64,000 bases of DNA, taken from IMG/VR virus record IMGVR_UViG_3300034095_001343, positions 50,930 through 114,929 of that record. One strand, written 5' to 3'. Below, in pieces: positions 41,731 through 51,071 of this stretch. Every line of letters starts with the position of its first letter. The first letter of the stretch is position 1. The position numbers and the translations under genes were made by a program. The notes beneath the pieces are model-generated. The model saw nothing but the letters and a program-made list of their open reading frames with translations, did no database searches and was not told the origin of the DNA. The stretch comes from a virus.

Positions 41731-41780
41731 CCCCAACGAGTGTGATAGAAAACCAACAAACTACCACTTTAGTTGCATCT
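41701..41780 (-). ncRNA. Candidate 3'-UTR structured small RNA with UUUGUUGGUUUU seed loop
   Basis: Stem GUGGUAG/CUAUCAC (G-U pair on minus strand only) with a 12-nt loop and outer CAAC/GUUG pairing, then the terminator. Loop is complementary to leaders at 54345-54359, 51031-51038 and 63633-63640. Confidence 0.4.
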
Positions 41781-42344
41781 TTAAAGAAGTGTAGTGATTA
41801 AAATTTCTACACTTTCACATACTAAAACTCCATACGAGGACACAAGTTTAATTTTATATTGAGTTGCAGGAGTAAGATTTGCTAATTGATAAGTTAAAAC
41901 TGTAGGAGCTATAGGAATGGCATTTGCCAGTACCCAACCTGATGGTGATGCTACTGTATCATAATAAACACTAATACCTGTTGTTAAAGAGGATTCATCA
42001 TTCCACAACACCGTTACCTTAGTATTTGTGATATTTGTTGCATATACATTATAAGGAGCATGATGAACATTATCTGCGTTGCAAGCACCAAATCCATTTA
42101 TAACAATTAATGAAAGTTTTTGAAGAATCATATCTAGTCTATCTCCTTCATTAATTTGAAAGATATTAGTTCCATCTACAATTCTAAAACTAGTACCGCA
42201 GTAACTAACACACTCAGCACACTGAATATCATCACATCTTTCACTACCTATGCTACAATCAGTGTAAGAGCATGGTGTATGAAGTGCTGAATCTGCACAA
42301 CCACAAGGTTTATTTGGATTACATTTACTACAATTACAAGACAT
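41781..42344 (-). CDS. Cys-rich protein with C-terminal fibronectin type III-like domain (187 aa), probable fibre/tail component
   Basis: N-terminal CxCxxC cluster. APYNVYATNITNTKVTVLW...NLTPATQYKIKL matches the FN3 pattern. Confidence 0.65.
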   Translation of the reverse strand: MSCNCSKCNPNKPCGCADSALHTPCSYTDCSIGSERCDDIQCAECVSYCGTSFRIVDGTNIFQINEGDRLDMILQKLSLIVINGFGACNADNVHHAPYNVYATNITNTKVTVLWNDESSLTTGISVYYDTVASPSGWVLANAIPIAPTVLTYQLANLTPATQYKIKLVSSYGVLVCESVEILITTLL

Positions 42345-42366
42345 AATTTTTTTTATTTATTTAAAA

Positions 42367-45300
42367 TTAAAAACCGCAATCTCCACATCCTGTTATCAAT
42401 GCTGGTGAAGAAACAGGTGCTGTATAATCTACACTTGAAAAAATTTCTTTTTCAGAAATAATTTCACCACAAGTCAATCCAGCAATAGGATCAGTAAAGC
42501 TCCAAAACTCTCCAATCACAGGTAAAGAACTAGCTAACCAATCAACCCTAATAATAGCACCAGTATTACAATCAAGCATTCTATAACCATCTAAAGTAAG
42601 CAGTGTACTAGGATATGTACCAGTACAATCTTGAATAGCTAATGTAAGTTGATTATTAAATTGTTCATCTTGATTACTACTAATATGAGTATACGTTAAA
42701 GCTTTTTCTATGTTGTTTAAATAAACCAACCAACCATACTGATATAAACCAAAAATTGTATTCCCGCCAGTAGTTACAAAACCACTGTATGGATTTGAAG
42801 CAGATGGAACTAAACCTTGCATTAAGTATCCTGTAACATCAACTACAGTTTCAATACCATATTCAGCAGGAGGAATCATTTCTCCAGTGTATGCAGCTAA
42901 TGCATGCAAAATCATTGCAGCATCTGCACTTGTACTACCTTTAACTGTAAAAGGATTTAATACAGCACTAAATCCATCAGGATATTGATCTACAGTAATA
43001 TTTAATGCTTGAGCCCAAGTACTTGTTTGAGTACCTGTAATTGCATCTATAAAAGCATCATAATCATCTTCATATAGTGAGGATGGTTGACCGGTAAATC
43101 CAGAAGCTAATGTTGTAGCATGATAATCTACAGCAGCTATATTAACAAAATTAATAAGAAAAGCACCATCTTTATACTGTGGCCCAGATCCTGTCCACAA
43201 AGGAGGTAAATTTTGTAAAGCTACCCAAGCTGGATCTGTATCTAATGTTGCACTAGCACCATCATCTACAATAGATTTCTGATAACCTAAATACTTACTA
43301 TCGGCAACAGGAATAAAATATATATCTCCTACATATCCAAATAGTGTATTCCATTCTGCGGCAAGATTAGTTAATCCAACTTGAATTTCTTGACCTTCTG
43401 TAGCACTATAACTTCCTGTATCAATAAAAGCATAAATAGGTTGATTCTCCCATAAAAGAGATACTTCACAAGGAATTATTTGAATTTGAATTGTTGCAGT
43501 AGCCTGTTCACATACACCAAGTACTGAAGGTACAAGAGTTACTCCAAAAGTATCTCCATATTGACCAGGAACAGTATTTGTATAAGTAAACTCATTTGAA
43601 ACAGAACTACTTTGAGTAAGAAGTCCATTAACAGGAATCGCACTAATTGTCATATTAGGAGATCCCTCACCTAACAAATAGGGTACTCTAAAAGTTGTTG
43701 ATCCGCTTTCATTGCAGAATATTTGAATAGTATCTGTTGAAATAAAAGCAGGACAAACACAACATTCTACTACAGAACTTGCTGCAGTTCCTGGAGTAAA
43801 TGTATCCTTCCAACCGGCATAAATATAAACTGTATTTCCGGATCTTATATATTTGCCTACATAATACCATTTGCTGTTAACACCTCCTCCAAATACATTA
43901 TAATTTGTTCCATCACAAGAAAGCACTTGAGTTGCAACTTCAACACCTGTAGGACATGTTCCTGGAATTGAACCATTATCACATTGTGTAACAGATGGAT
44001 TAGCTAAAAGTGTCCAATAGTCTGTTGCAAAATCATATCTATAAATTAAATATTCTGTGCTACCTACAGTACATTGAGTTTTTGCTCTAAAGTAAACAGA
44101 ACCTGATGTTGCACCTGTTGCAATATTTCTTGTACCAGGACCTGCAGTCAAATTAGGACTCCAAGAAATACCATCAAGACTATAGTTTGTTGTAATTGCG
44201 GTACCACCAATTGAGTAATTAAGATCAACCGTAATAACGCCAGATATACTAATACTTAAGTTTGTAGCAAGAGGAGCATCACAAGTAACAGTACCTGAAG
44301 TTCCTACAACAATTTGTTGAGTAATTGGATTGTACCAATAAGGAGTTTTTACATCACCACCAGGTGCCTCATGCCCCAAATAAATATCACTTACTCCATT
44401 TACACTACTAGTGCTAGCAGTAAAATAATTTACACAAGTTGAACCAGGTACAGCTACAGCTATAGGAGTACATGTTCTAACAGAGGCTCCTTGAGAAACT
44501 GTAACAATAATATTATATGTTCTACCAGGTATTGCTCCACCAAATGTATGGGCTACTGTAGTAGAAGGACTTGTTATTGTAGTGCTTCCCAAACTTGCTC
44601 CAGTAGTTGTATCAATTGCAACAATTGTATATGTTACACCTGTTCCTAATGCATTTGTAAAAGTTACATTAATATCAGTAAGAATAGGTGTAGCAGAAAT
44701 AGAAGTTGGACAAGGAATATTTAAAGGAACAATAGTTGTTTGTAAATTAGAGCACTGACTTGTTCCATCGGTAACACAAAATGGTACACTTAAAACTAAT
44801 GATGCAAGTGTGTTTAAACTAGCTACACTTACAGTAACACCAAGAGGATCGTTGGATAATGCTGTTACATTTAAAGATTGTGTTATAGATGAGCCGTTTG
44901 AATCTGTAATAGTAATTATAGTATTTCCACCACAATCATTAAATCCTGATGGAATATTTGAGCTTGTAAAATTCAAATTTAAAGCTTCTACAACACCATC
45001 TCCGTTTGAATCAATTGTTGTATAAGAAACACTAAATATTACACCATCACAACCAACATCGCAACAGTTGTTTTGAATATCGGATACTGCTGCATATAAA
45101 TCACATATTGCAAGCCATTGGTTAACATTACTTTGTGCTAATGTACTTGGAGAATTAACCCAACCGCTAAGAGCAGAATATGTACCTGGACCACTTAATC
45201 TTGGTGTAGTTCCAAAAAGACACTGAGCAGAAATAGCTTGATTAATTAAAGATACTGAACCTACAGCATTTCTAAATTCGCAAAATTGTGATTCAAGTCC

Positions 45301-45891
45301 TTGAACAAGTTGTGAAATAGGAACTAATACACCGGCAAATAAACAATCAGATATAATATCAAAATCACCACCAGAAGCTGGTATAGTGCCACAAGGTAAA
45401 ACACAGTTTTCAAGAACAGTTACTCTTATCTGAAGATCATAAACAGCAAGTTGTAAACTACTGATATCTGAAAGAATATCGCAAATTTTGTTACCAATTA
45501 AAGTTGCAAATTGATCTAAAGGTAATTGTAAAACAGGATTACCTAAAGGATCATCATATTGCAAACAACCTGGAAGAGTTATATTTGGTAATGTGCCAGG
45601 ACCTCCTGGATTTAAATTACATAAATAATCTATAATAGCTTGAAGAACAGATTCTAACTCTAAAGGAGTTTCTTCAGGTAAACAACTTAATGTTAAACCT
45701 GAAATATCAGGATTACATTGGCAAGCTGTATCTATAAGAGTACAAAGTTCTTCTGCTAACTTACCTATTACATCACTAATAGTATCACCATTACAAAGGT
45801 TAATACAAGGAATATCAGGACCTTGCCAAATAACACAATTGGATGATATTGGAGAACAAGGTGAAGTTTTACCGTTACTTACTGGTATCAT
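42367..45891 (-). CDS. Cys-rich tail fibre/spike protein (1174 aa)
   Basis: N-terminal SSNCVIWQGPDIPCINLC, a short coiled coil, and Thr/Ser-rich beta (Ig/FN3-like) segments (PGRTYNIIV). Confidence 0.6.
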   Translation of the reverse strand: MIPVSNGKTSPCSPISSNCVIWQGPDIPCINLCNGDTISDVIGKLAEELCTLIDTACQCNPDISGLTLSCLPEETPLELESVLQAIIDYLCNLNPGGPGTLPNITLPGCLQYDDPLGNPVLQLPLDQFATLIGNKICDILSDISSLQLAVYDLQIRVTVLENCVLPCGTIPASGGDFDIISDCLFAGVLVPISQLVQGLESQFCEFRNAVGSVSLINQAISAQCLFGTTPRLSGPGTYSALSGWVNSPSTLAQSNVNQWLAICDLYAAVSDIQNNCCDVGCDGVIFSVSYTTIDSNGDGVVEALNLNFTSSNIPSGFNDCGGNTIITITDSNGSSITQSLNVTALSNDPLGVTVSVASLNTLASLVLSVPFCVTDGTSQCSNLQTTIVPLNIPCPTSISATPILTDINVTFTNALGTGVTYTIVAIDTTTGASLGSTTITSPSTTVAHTFGGAIPGRTYNIIVTVSQGASVRTCTPIAVAVPGSTCVNYFTASTSSVNGVSDIYLGHEAPGGDVKTPYWYNPITQQIVVGTSGTVTCDAPLATNLSISISGVITVDLNYSIGGTAITTNYSLDGISWSPNLTAGPGTRNIATGATSGSVYFRAKTQCTVGSTEYLIYRYDFATDYWTLLANPSVTQCDNGSIPGTCPTGVEVATQVLSCDGTNYNVFGGGVNSKWYYVGKYIRSGNTVYIYAGWKDTFTPGTAASSVVECCVCPAFISTDTIQIFCNESGSTTFRVPYLLGEGSPNMTISAIPVNGLLTQSSSVSNEFTYTNTVPGQYGDTFGVTLVPSVLGVCEQATATIQIQIIPCEVSLLWENQPIYAFIDTGSYSATEGQEIQVGLTNLAAEWNTLFGYVGDIYFIPVADSKYLGYQKSIVDDGASATLDTDPAWVALQNLPPLWTGSGPQYKDGAFLINFVNIAAVDYHATTLASGFTGQPSSLYEDDYDAFIDAITGTQTSTWAQALNITVDQYPDGFSAVLNPFTVKGSTSADAAMILHALAAYTGEMIPPAEYGIETVVDVTGYLMQGLVPSASNPYSGFVTTGGNTIFGLYQYGWLVYLNNIEKALTYTHISSNQDEQFNNQLTLAIQDCTGTYPSTLLTLDGYRMLDCNTGAIIRVDWLASSLPVIGEFWSFTDPIAGLTCGEIISEKEIFSSVDYTAPVSSPALITGCGDCGF

Positions 45892-45932
45892 AAATATTTA
45901 TTTTACAAAGTACAAACATCTAGTACATACTA

Positions 45933-45940
45933 TAATATAC
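45933..45940 (-). promoter_or_regulatory. Recurrent promoter-like box GTATATTA
   Basis: Identical octamer preceded by a T-tract in several intergenic regions upstream of minus-strand genes. Confidence 0.5.
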
Positions 45941-46069
45941 AAAAGTTTTTGTAATCAAACAACCAGTTAATTATAAAAAGTTTACAAAATATTCAATATT
46001 AGTTTAATCCTGTATACCGTTAAGTTTTTAACTGATAGTTTTTGTTTGATTTAAAATATAATTAAATTT

Positions 46070-46366
46070 TTAAACTGTTTTATCTACAATATAAATATCG
46101 TTATAATCACATGTAACTTGATAATTAGCCTGATTGCATGAACAAGAACAATTATTAACACAAGCACTATGACAATCATCACCGCATTCTAAAATTGGTT
46201 GATAATTCAAAAGTTCTTGCCAATCACAAATTGCCTTCTTTATTTTCATATCAATAAGATTAGTATAACAACAAGACGCAATACCAAATCTAATTTCTCT
46301 AAACTCTCTATAAACAGCTTCAGCAAATTTGGACTCAATCTCAATCTTTTTAATTAGCTCGTTCAT
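46070..46366 (-). CDS. Hypothetical Cys-rich structural protein (98 aa)
   Basis: ORF tightly packed in the operon. RFGIASCC and a C-terminal Cys cluster. Confidence 0.6.
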   Translation of the reverse strand: MNELIKKIEIESKFAEAVYREFREIRFGIASCCYTNLIDMKIKKAICDWQELLNYQPILECGDDCHSACVNNCSCSCNQANYQVTCDYNDIYIVDKTV

Positions 46367-46552
46367 TTATTTCTTTGTGATATTTGAATATGCGTTTTTA
46401 ATGTTTTCTGTTAGTAAATCTGTTTTAGAAGAAACTCCAGATATCTTAGTCTGATATCCTGTTAAACAACTTTTATGTACAACAGAACCATCGTTTGCCG
46501 TTGTTTTTTGACAACCGCATGTAAATCCTTTATTACATTGTTTACAAATCAT
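46367..46552 (-). CDS. Small Cys-rich (zinc-binding-like) protein (61 aa)
   Basis: CxxC...CGC...HxxC pattern. Abuts the downstream gene. Confidence 0.6.
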   Translation of the reverse strand: MICKQCNKGFTCGCQKTTANDGSVVHKSCLTGYQTKISGVSSKTDLLTENIKNAYSNITKK

Positions 46553-46564
46553 ATTATATTAGTT

Positions 46565-47119
46565 TTAATGACATCCTATAGTTTTACAAACTATTTTTTC
46601 TAATCTACTTAGAGCATAGTTATACATTTCCATACCTAAAGATGGACTACTGCAATACTCAACTTTAGCAATTGCACCATCAATCAAAGTTCTGATAAAC
46701 TGCATTTCTTGAATTAAAGACTGCTTTTCACTAAAAGGTTCGCAAGTTTGTAAGTCTATATCACAAAGTGTTTTGTAATATAAATTTAAAATTTTTGTAA
46801 CCCTTAAATGATTATATTCTACATAGACTTTATCATTTGGAGCTACACTATATTTAATAATGTAAACACCATCAGGAAGATCTGATCTATGTTCACTACA
46901 ATTTTCTTTTTGAATTCCAAGATCACATGCTGTAATATCTAAAAAAAATCCTTCAACAACTTTTATAAGAGCACCTGCGTTAAATCCTGGTACAGTAATT
47001 AATAATTCTTCACAATCAATTGCTAACAAATTAGAATACTGACTAGTATCCCTTATAGAAAGAATTTCACAGTTTGCTACGGTAGGTACTTCTAAGCTTA
47101 AAATATGTTTACTAGCCAT
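46565..47119 (-). CDS. Putative tail hub/fibre-attachment protein (184 aa)
   Basis: IRDTSQY and DLPDGVYIIKYSVAP segments. Located just before the fibre genes. Confidence 0.45.
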   Translation of the reverse strand: MASKHILSLEVPTVANCEILSIRDTSQYSNLLAIDCEELLITVPGFNAGALIKVVEGFFLDITACDLGIQKENCSEHRSDLPDGVYIIKYSVAPNDKVYVEYNHLRVTKILNLYYKTLCDIDLQTCEPFSEKQSLIQEMQFIRTLIDGAIAKVEYCSSPSLGMEMYNYALSRLEKIVCKTIGCH

Positions 47120-47133
47120 AATAAAGTCTTTTA

Positions 47134-47160
47134 CAAATATACGTTATATACATAATATAC
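47134..47160 (-). promoter_or_regulatory. Tandem promoter boxes: GTATATTA (47153-47160) and Bacteroidota-type TAnnTTTG (TATATTTG, 47134-47141)
   Basis: Both motifs read directly between the terminator and the 184-aa start. Confidence 0.5.
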
Positions 47161-47176
47161 TAAAAAAACCAAAGAT

Positions 47177-47213
47177 AAAAAAGAAGGTGGGACATTTCTA
47201 CCCCACCTTCTTT
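47177..47213 (-). terminator. Rho-independent terminator after 486-aa gene
   Basis: AAAGAAGGUGGGGUA-GAAA-UGUCCCACCUUCUUU stem-loop running into a U-tract. Confidence 0.85.
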
Positions 47214-47231
47214 AATAATTATGACTATTTC

Positions 47232-48692
47232 TTAGTCAATATTAGATTCAAATGTAATTGGATTACCAGATGCACCAGCAACAGTAACAATCTCATCTAT
47301 CAATGTTTCCATCAAAGCTTGTTCTGCTGTATCGTCACACTTGATGTAAATCTTATAAACATATTGATCATTATCAAATGTTCCTGTAGGATTATTCAAT
47401 CTTGGGATACTATGTTGAATGTAATAAGTCTTATACAGAGCATTACGATCAATAGCAGATAAAATATCACTAGATCCTTCAATCTCACGAATACGTGATG
47501 AATCAGGGTTTCCTTGGTTATAAGGAGACTGCATATAAGCCTCAGTTAACAAAATGTCTCTCAACACTGTTTCACCTGAAGTTTGTTGCATAGTACCAGG
47601 AGTTGTAGTTACAACACCACAGTCATTACATGGATCACCAGTTTCATTAAGAACAGAACCAATCAATTGTACAGGCTCTTTTTCGTAATGATCACGTGTA
47701 TCAAATGAACAATTTCCAAACTTAGTATCTACATAAGCACCTTCAAAACTAACACAAGCTGTTACTTCATCAGTAACAGGATCAGTGCTAGCAGCATAAC
47801 CGCCTGTTAATACTTCCTGAATTGTATAAACAGCAGTGTCAACAATAGTGGCAACAACTACTGTACCAGTACCACCAACGGCAGTAACTATATTAGCAGC
47901 AGTATAACCATTACCAGGACATACTATAGAAGCAGCTGTAATTGCACCACCTGCACTAGTAGTGATTGACAAAGTCAAACCAGTACCAGAACCACCTGTA
48001 GTAGCTACAGTGTAAGTACTACTAGGTGTATAACCTGCACCACCAACAATTGCACCCAAAGTACCAGCAGCATTTAAATTAGGATAAGAAATCTCAATTC
48101 CACCACCAGTCTTTTCTTTTGCAAATGGTTTAATAATAGGATCTTGCAATAACATATCAGATGCTTTAGCCAAAGCTACAGCTGGATCTAAATAAGTTTG
48201 TCCTTCTATGCAGCAGTTGCCAGGAAAACTATTAGTGTTTGCATTACCTGAACTGTCACCAATTGCATAAGCATTATGGTTTAAGAAACGAAGAGCAGGA
48301 GATCCTTTAACATCCAAACGAAGGAATAGGTTAGATCCGCAAGGAGCGCAACTTGAACCTACACAAATTTTTACAGTTGCAGCTTCAGAAGTTTGACATT
48401 CAGAAGACCACAATCTAGAAATAAATCTAGCATTAATACCTTTCGATTTTACAGACTCACTGTAACCACCATGACCTGGGTTATTACCAATGTTGTCTTG
48501 AGTGTGAAAGCTACCTTGCACAAGATAAAAAAGTTCACCAGCAGTGATAGGGTTACCAGCTGAAGCTTGAACTGAAGCCCAACTTTGAACTACTTCAAAC
48601 TGACCGGGAGTAAATGCGGAAGTCTTAGTTGCCGCAGCAGCAAAGCTATCTACTACAAATGCTTTGCTAAACGCATGATTAAAATAAGCCAT
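47232..48692 (-). CDS. Abundant structural protein, probable auxiliary capsid/decoration protein (486 aa)
   Basis: Own promoter box and terminator. Ala/Thr/Gly-rich. Internal GGAGYT...GGSGTG...GNGYT insert. Confidence 0.5.
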   Translation of the reverse strand: MAYFNHAFSKAFVVDSFAAAATKTSAFTPGQFEVVQSWASVQASAGNPITAGELFYLVQGSFHTQDNIGNNPGHGGYSESVKSKGINARFISRLWSSECQTSEAATVKICVGSSCAPCGSNLFLRLDVKGSPALRFLNHNAYAIGDSSGNANTNSFPGNCCIEGQTYLDPAVALAKASDMLLQDPIIKPFAKEKTGGGIEISYPNLNAAGTLGAIVGGAGYTPSSTYTVATTGGSGTGLTLSITTSAGGAITAASIVCPGNGYTAANIVTAVGGTGTVVVATIVDTAVYTIQEVLTGGYAASTDPVTDEVTACVSFEGAYVDTKFGNCSFDTRDHYEKEPVQLIGSVLNETGDPCNDCGVVTTTPGTMQQTSGETVLRDILLTEAYMQSPYNQGNPDSSRIREIEGSSDILSAIDRNALYKTYYIQHSIPRLNNPTGTFDNDQYVYKIYIKCDDTAEQALMETLIDEIVTVAGASGNPITFESNID

Positions 48693-48746
48693 TTTTTTTA
48701 AGTTTTAAGTTTTACAAATAAACATTATGTGCACCGTGCACATATA

Positions 48747-48754
48747 TAATATAC
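48747..48754 (-). promoter_or_regulatory. Recurrent promoter-like box GTATATTA
   Basis: Octamer preceded by a T-tract. An inverted repeat (48726-48744) lies just downstream. Confidence 0.5.
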
Positions 48755-48776
48755 AAAAAAAATTTAAAATTCCAAA

Positions 48777-49274
48777 TTATGCTAGAAAAATTAATTTATA
48801 TTTTGCAAAATTTATTGCATCTTTTACAGTATCTAAAAGATTTACAATTTCACTGTGTGGCATTACAGATTGAAGTTCATCTACTTGTTCTTTCATCTGA
48901 CGCAAATATTCAATAGCACTCTCAACACTTTCAAGAACAACTGATCCTTGACCTTCATATTTTAAAATTACTTCACATGCTCCTTGATAACCTTCTGCAA
49001 TTGAATCAGATAAATCAGGCAATGCATCATAAATTTCATTTAATGCTTTATGAGCAGCAAAGGAACCAGGTCCTGTTACTTGCAAATGTAACTTATGAAA
49101 ACTTGTTGCAGCATTCATTAATTCCTGTACTAAAGCACCTGTCATTGCATCAACTTTTTGCATTTCTGGAGATCTTCCAGATTGAACTCTTTTTAGAGTG
49201 GAAGTTTTATTTTTTTCCATCATGCTTTCATCTGTACTTGACTTTGTTTTTAAAGTTCTTTTTGTATAATCCAT
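48777..49274 (-). CDS. dps: Dps/ferritin-like DNA-protection protein (165 aa)
   Basis: SFHKLHLQVTGPGSFAAHKALNEIYD...DSIAE resembles the Dps H-W-x-V-x-G-x-x-F...H...D...E ferroxidase pattern. Basic N-terminal extension. Confidence 0.75.
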   Translation of the reverse strand: MDYTKRTLKTKSSTDESMMEKNKTSTLKRVQSGRSPEMQKVDAMTGALVQELMNAATSFHKLHLQVTGPGSFAAHKALNEIYDALPDLSDSIAEGYQGACEVILKYEGQGSVVLESVESAIEYLRQMKEQVDELQSVMPHSEIVNLLDTVKDAINFAKYKLIFLA

Positions 49275-49276
49275 AA

Positions 49277-49981
49277 TTAATTATTTCTTTCTGCAGATTG
49301 TTGTTCTCTCTGCATTTGATTAAAGTTTTCTATATCTCCCGCAATTAATGCAGCAGTATCATCTAAAATTAATTCAACAATATCATCCTTAAATTCAGAA
49401 GTAACATCTACTGTAGACACAATTCCCGTATAGGGATTAATAACACCTGCAAACTCAATATTAATAGGTTTTCTATAATAAGTAAGTGTGGGATCTGAAA
49501 GAGTAAATTCTCTTATATAAATTCTAATAGTGTTATTAATCATTGTTAAAAATGTTTCCCCCCAGTCAAAATCTGGTCTTTTAAGAGTATCTCTAAGGTA
49601 TAAATCAACATTAGCTTCTTCTCCTAAATACACAGTCATTGACCGAGGTTTAGGGCAACATTCTGTAATAGCATTAGTACTAACTCTTTTATATTCTAAA
49701 TAGTTAGTAGGTGGAAAATTTGTTGTTTCAAAATACTTCTCATTGAAAACCCCAACTAAAGGTAATTCTGTAAGAAGTATTTGTAAATCATCAATTCTTC
49801 TTTTAGATAACTCATCTCCTTCTTTATAAAGATTATTGCCATGTAGCATTCTTCTTACCCATTCAATTTGAGCTTTATTAAATGCTTCAATAATCTGCCA
49901 ATTTTCTAGATTATCATAATCATTACTTGACAGTTTATTTAATCTTTGCTTTAACTTTAATCGAAGAATTTGATTATTCAT
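49277..49981 (-). CDS. Head-tail connector / ring protein (234 aa)
   Basis: NKLSSN...FNKAQ...RRIDDLQ...YYRKP pattern and position after MCP, as in crAss-like conserved head genes. Confidence 0.6.
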   Translation of the reverse strand: MNNQILRLKLKQRLNKLSSNDYDNLENWQIIEAFNKAQIEWVRRMLHGNNLYKEGDELSKRRIDDLQILLTELPLVGVFNEKYFETTNFPPTNYLEYKRVSTNAITECCPKPRSMTVYLGEEANVDLYLRDTLKRPDFDWGETFLTMINNTIRIYIREFTLSDPTLTYYRKPINIEFAGVINPYTGIVSTVDVTSEFKDDIVELILDDTAALIAGDIENFNQMQREQQSAERNN

Positions 49982-50007
49982 CTTTTATATTATAAAGTTC
50001 CGTTATA

Positions 50008-51024
50008 TTAAGTGGTCCAATAAGGTTCTACTTTATTAAGGAGATTTGTAAGAACTTCTTCATTAATAGGATCTTTTAAAAAATCAACAACTTCTGAAGG
50101 TTTCTTACCCAATCTTGCATTACCATCTAATGTTTCAATCCAACCATTAGATTTAGGAAGAATAAATCTATAAAACATAGCATCTTTTACAAGTGATCTA
50201 ATTTTAAGATCTTCCATACTTGCATTCGCAGCTTCAACAAATGATTGAGCAGCTCTTGTTTTATTTGATTCAGTACTATTACCATTAATAAATGCATCCA
50301 TATTTTCATATAAAATGTCATTTGGTGTAGACTTTGTATATTGTGTACTATCACCATCTACAACTTTTGCCACATACATTAACTTATTAGTATTTTTATC
50401 ATAAAGTTTTTGCAGTTCTGCAATAGCTTTATTCCTAAGTTTTGTAGTTTCTGTTCTTGTTGTAACAGTTTCCTGAAGTTGATCTAAATAAAACTTAGGA
50501 GGATTAACCGCTTTTCTGGCATCTTTAAGAGATTTAGCAACAATAGAAAATCCGCCAGAATTAATAGCATACAATTTAACTAAATCATATGGATCTGAAT
50601 CTGGATCTAAAAAAACAGGATCATTCCCACATCTCAAACTAATTCTTGACCAAAATTTATCATTATCAGGTTTTAATAATGATACTTTATTCCAAAAATC
50701 TTTGTCTTCTGGATCAATTACATTAGCAGCTAACTCCGCTTCAAGCTGAGCTACAACTTTTCTAATTTCCTTAATCTTAACTTCTCTTTCACCAGGAGGT
50801 AGTCTTTTTACATCAGGGGCAAACTCATTTAATCCAGTAACATATCTTTTAACTCCATTAAGTTCAAGACATGCTAAAGATTCTTCGTGCCATACTCCAT
50901 CATAAAGTGCCATGCCGTAGTTTTCAAGTCCCATGTTTTGTTTGTTTGGATCAAAATAAGGTCTAACTGCAACAGCTCTGTTTTTGTTTTGTTGATACTT
51001 TTCTACAATTGTGTAATCATTCAT
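50008..51024 (-). CDS. Conserved crAss-like head-module protein (338 aa)
   Basis: Position immediately downstream of the MCP region. YVTGL and FW motifs. Function not identifiable. Confidence 0.5.
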   Translation of the reverse strand: MNDYTIVEKYQQNKNRAVAVRPYFDPNKQNMGLENYGMALYDGVWHEESLACLELNGVKRYVTGLNEFAPDVKRLPPGEREVKIKEIRKVVAQLEAELAANVIDPEDKDFWNKVSLLKPDNDKFWSRISLRCGNDPVFLDPDSDPYDLVKLYAINSGGFSIVAKSLKDARKAVNPPKFYLDQLQETVTTRTETTKLRNKAIAELQKLYDKNTNKLMYVAKVVDGDSTQYTKSTPNDILYENMDAFINGNSTESNKTRAAQSFVEAANASMEDLKIRSLVKDAMFYRFILPKSNGWIETLDGNARLGKKPSEVVDFLKDPINEEVLTNLLNKVEPYWTT

Positions 51025-51050
51025 AATTATTTGGTTTTTAAATTATAACT

Positions 51051-51071
51051 CAAAAGTACATAATTATGTAC
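51051..51071 (-). promoter_or_regulatory. TAnnTTTG -7 box (TACTTTTG) overlapped by perfect 16-bp palindrome GTACATAATTATGTAC
   Basis: Box at 51051-51058 and palindrome at 51056-51071 read directly. Confidence 0.5.
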
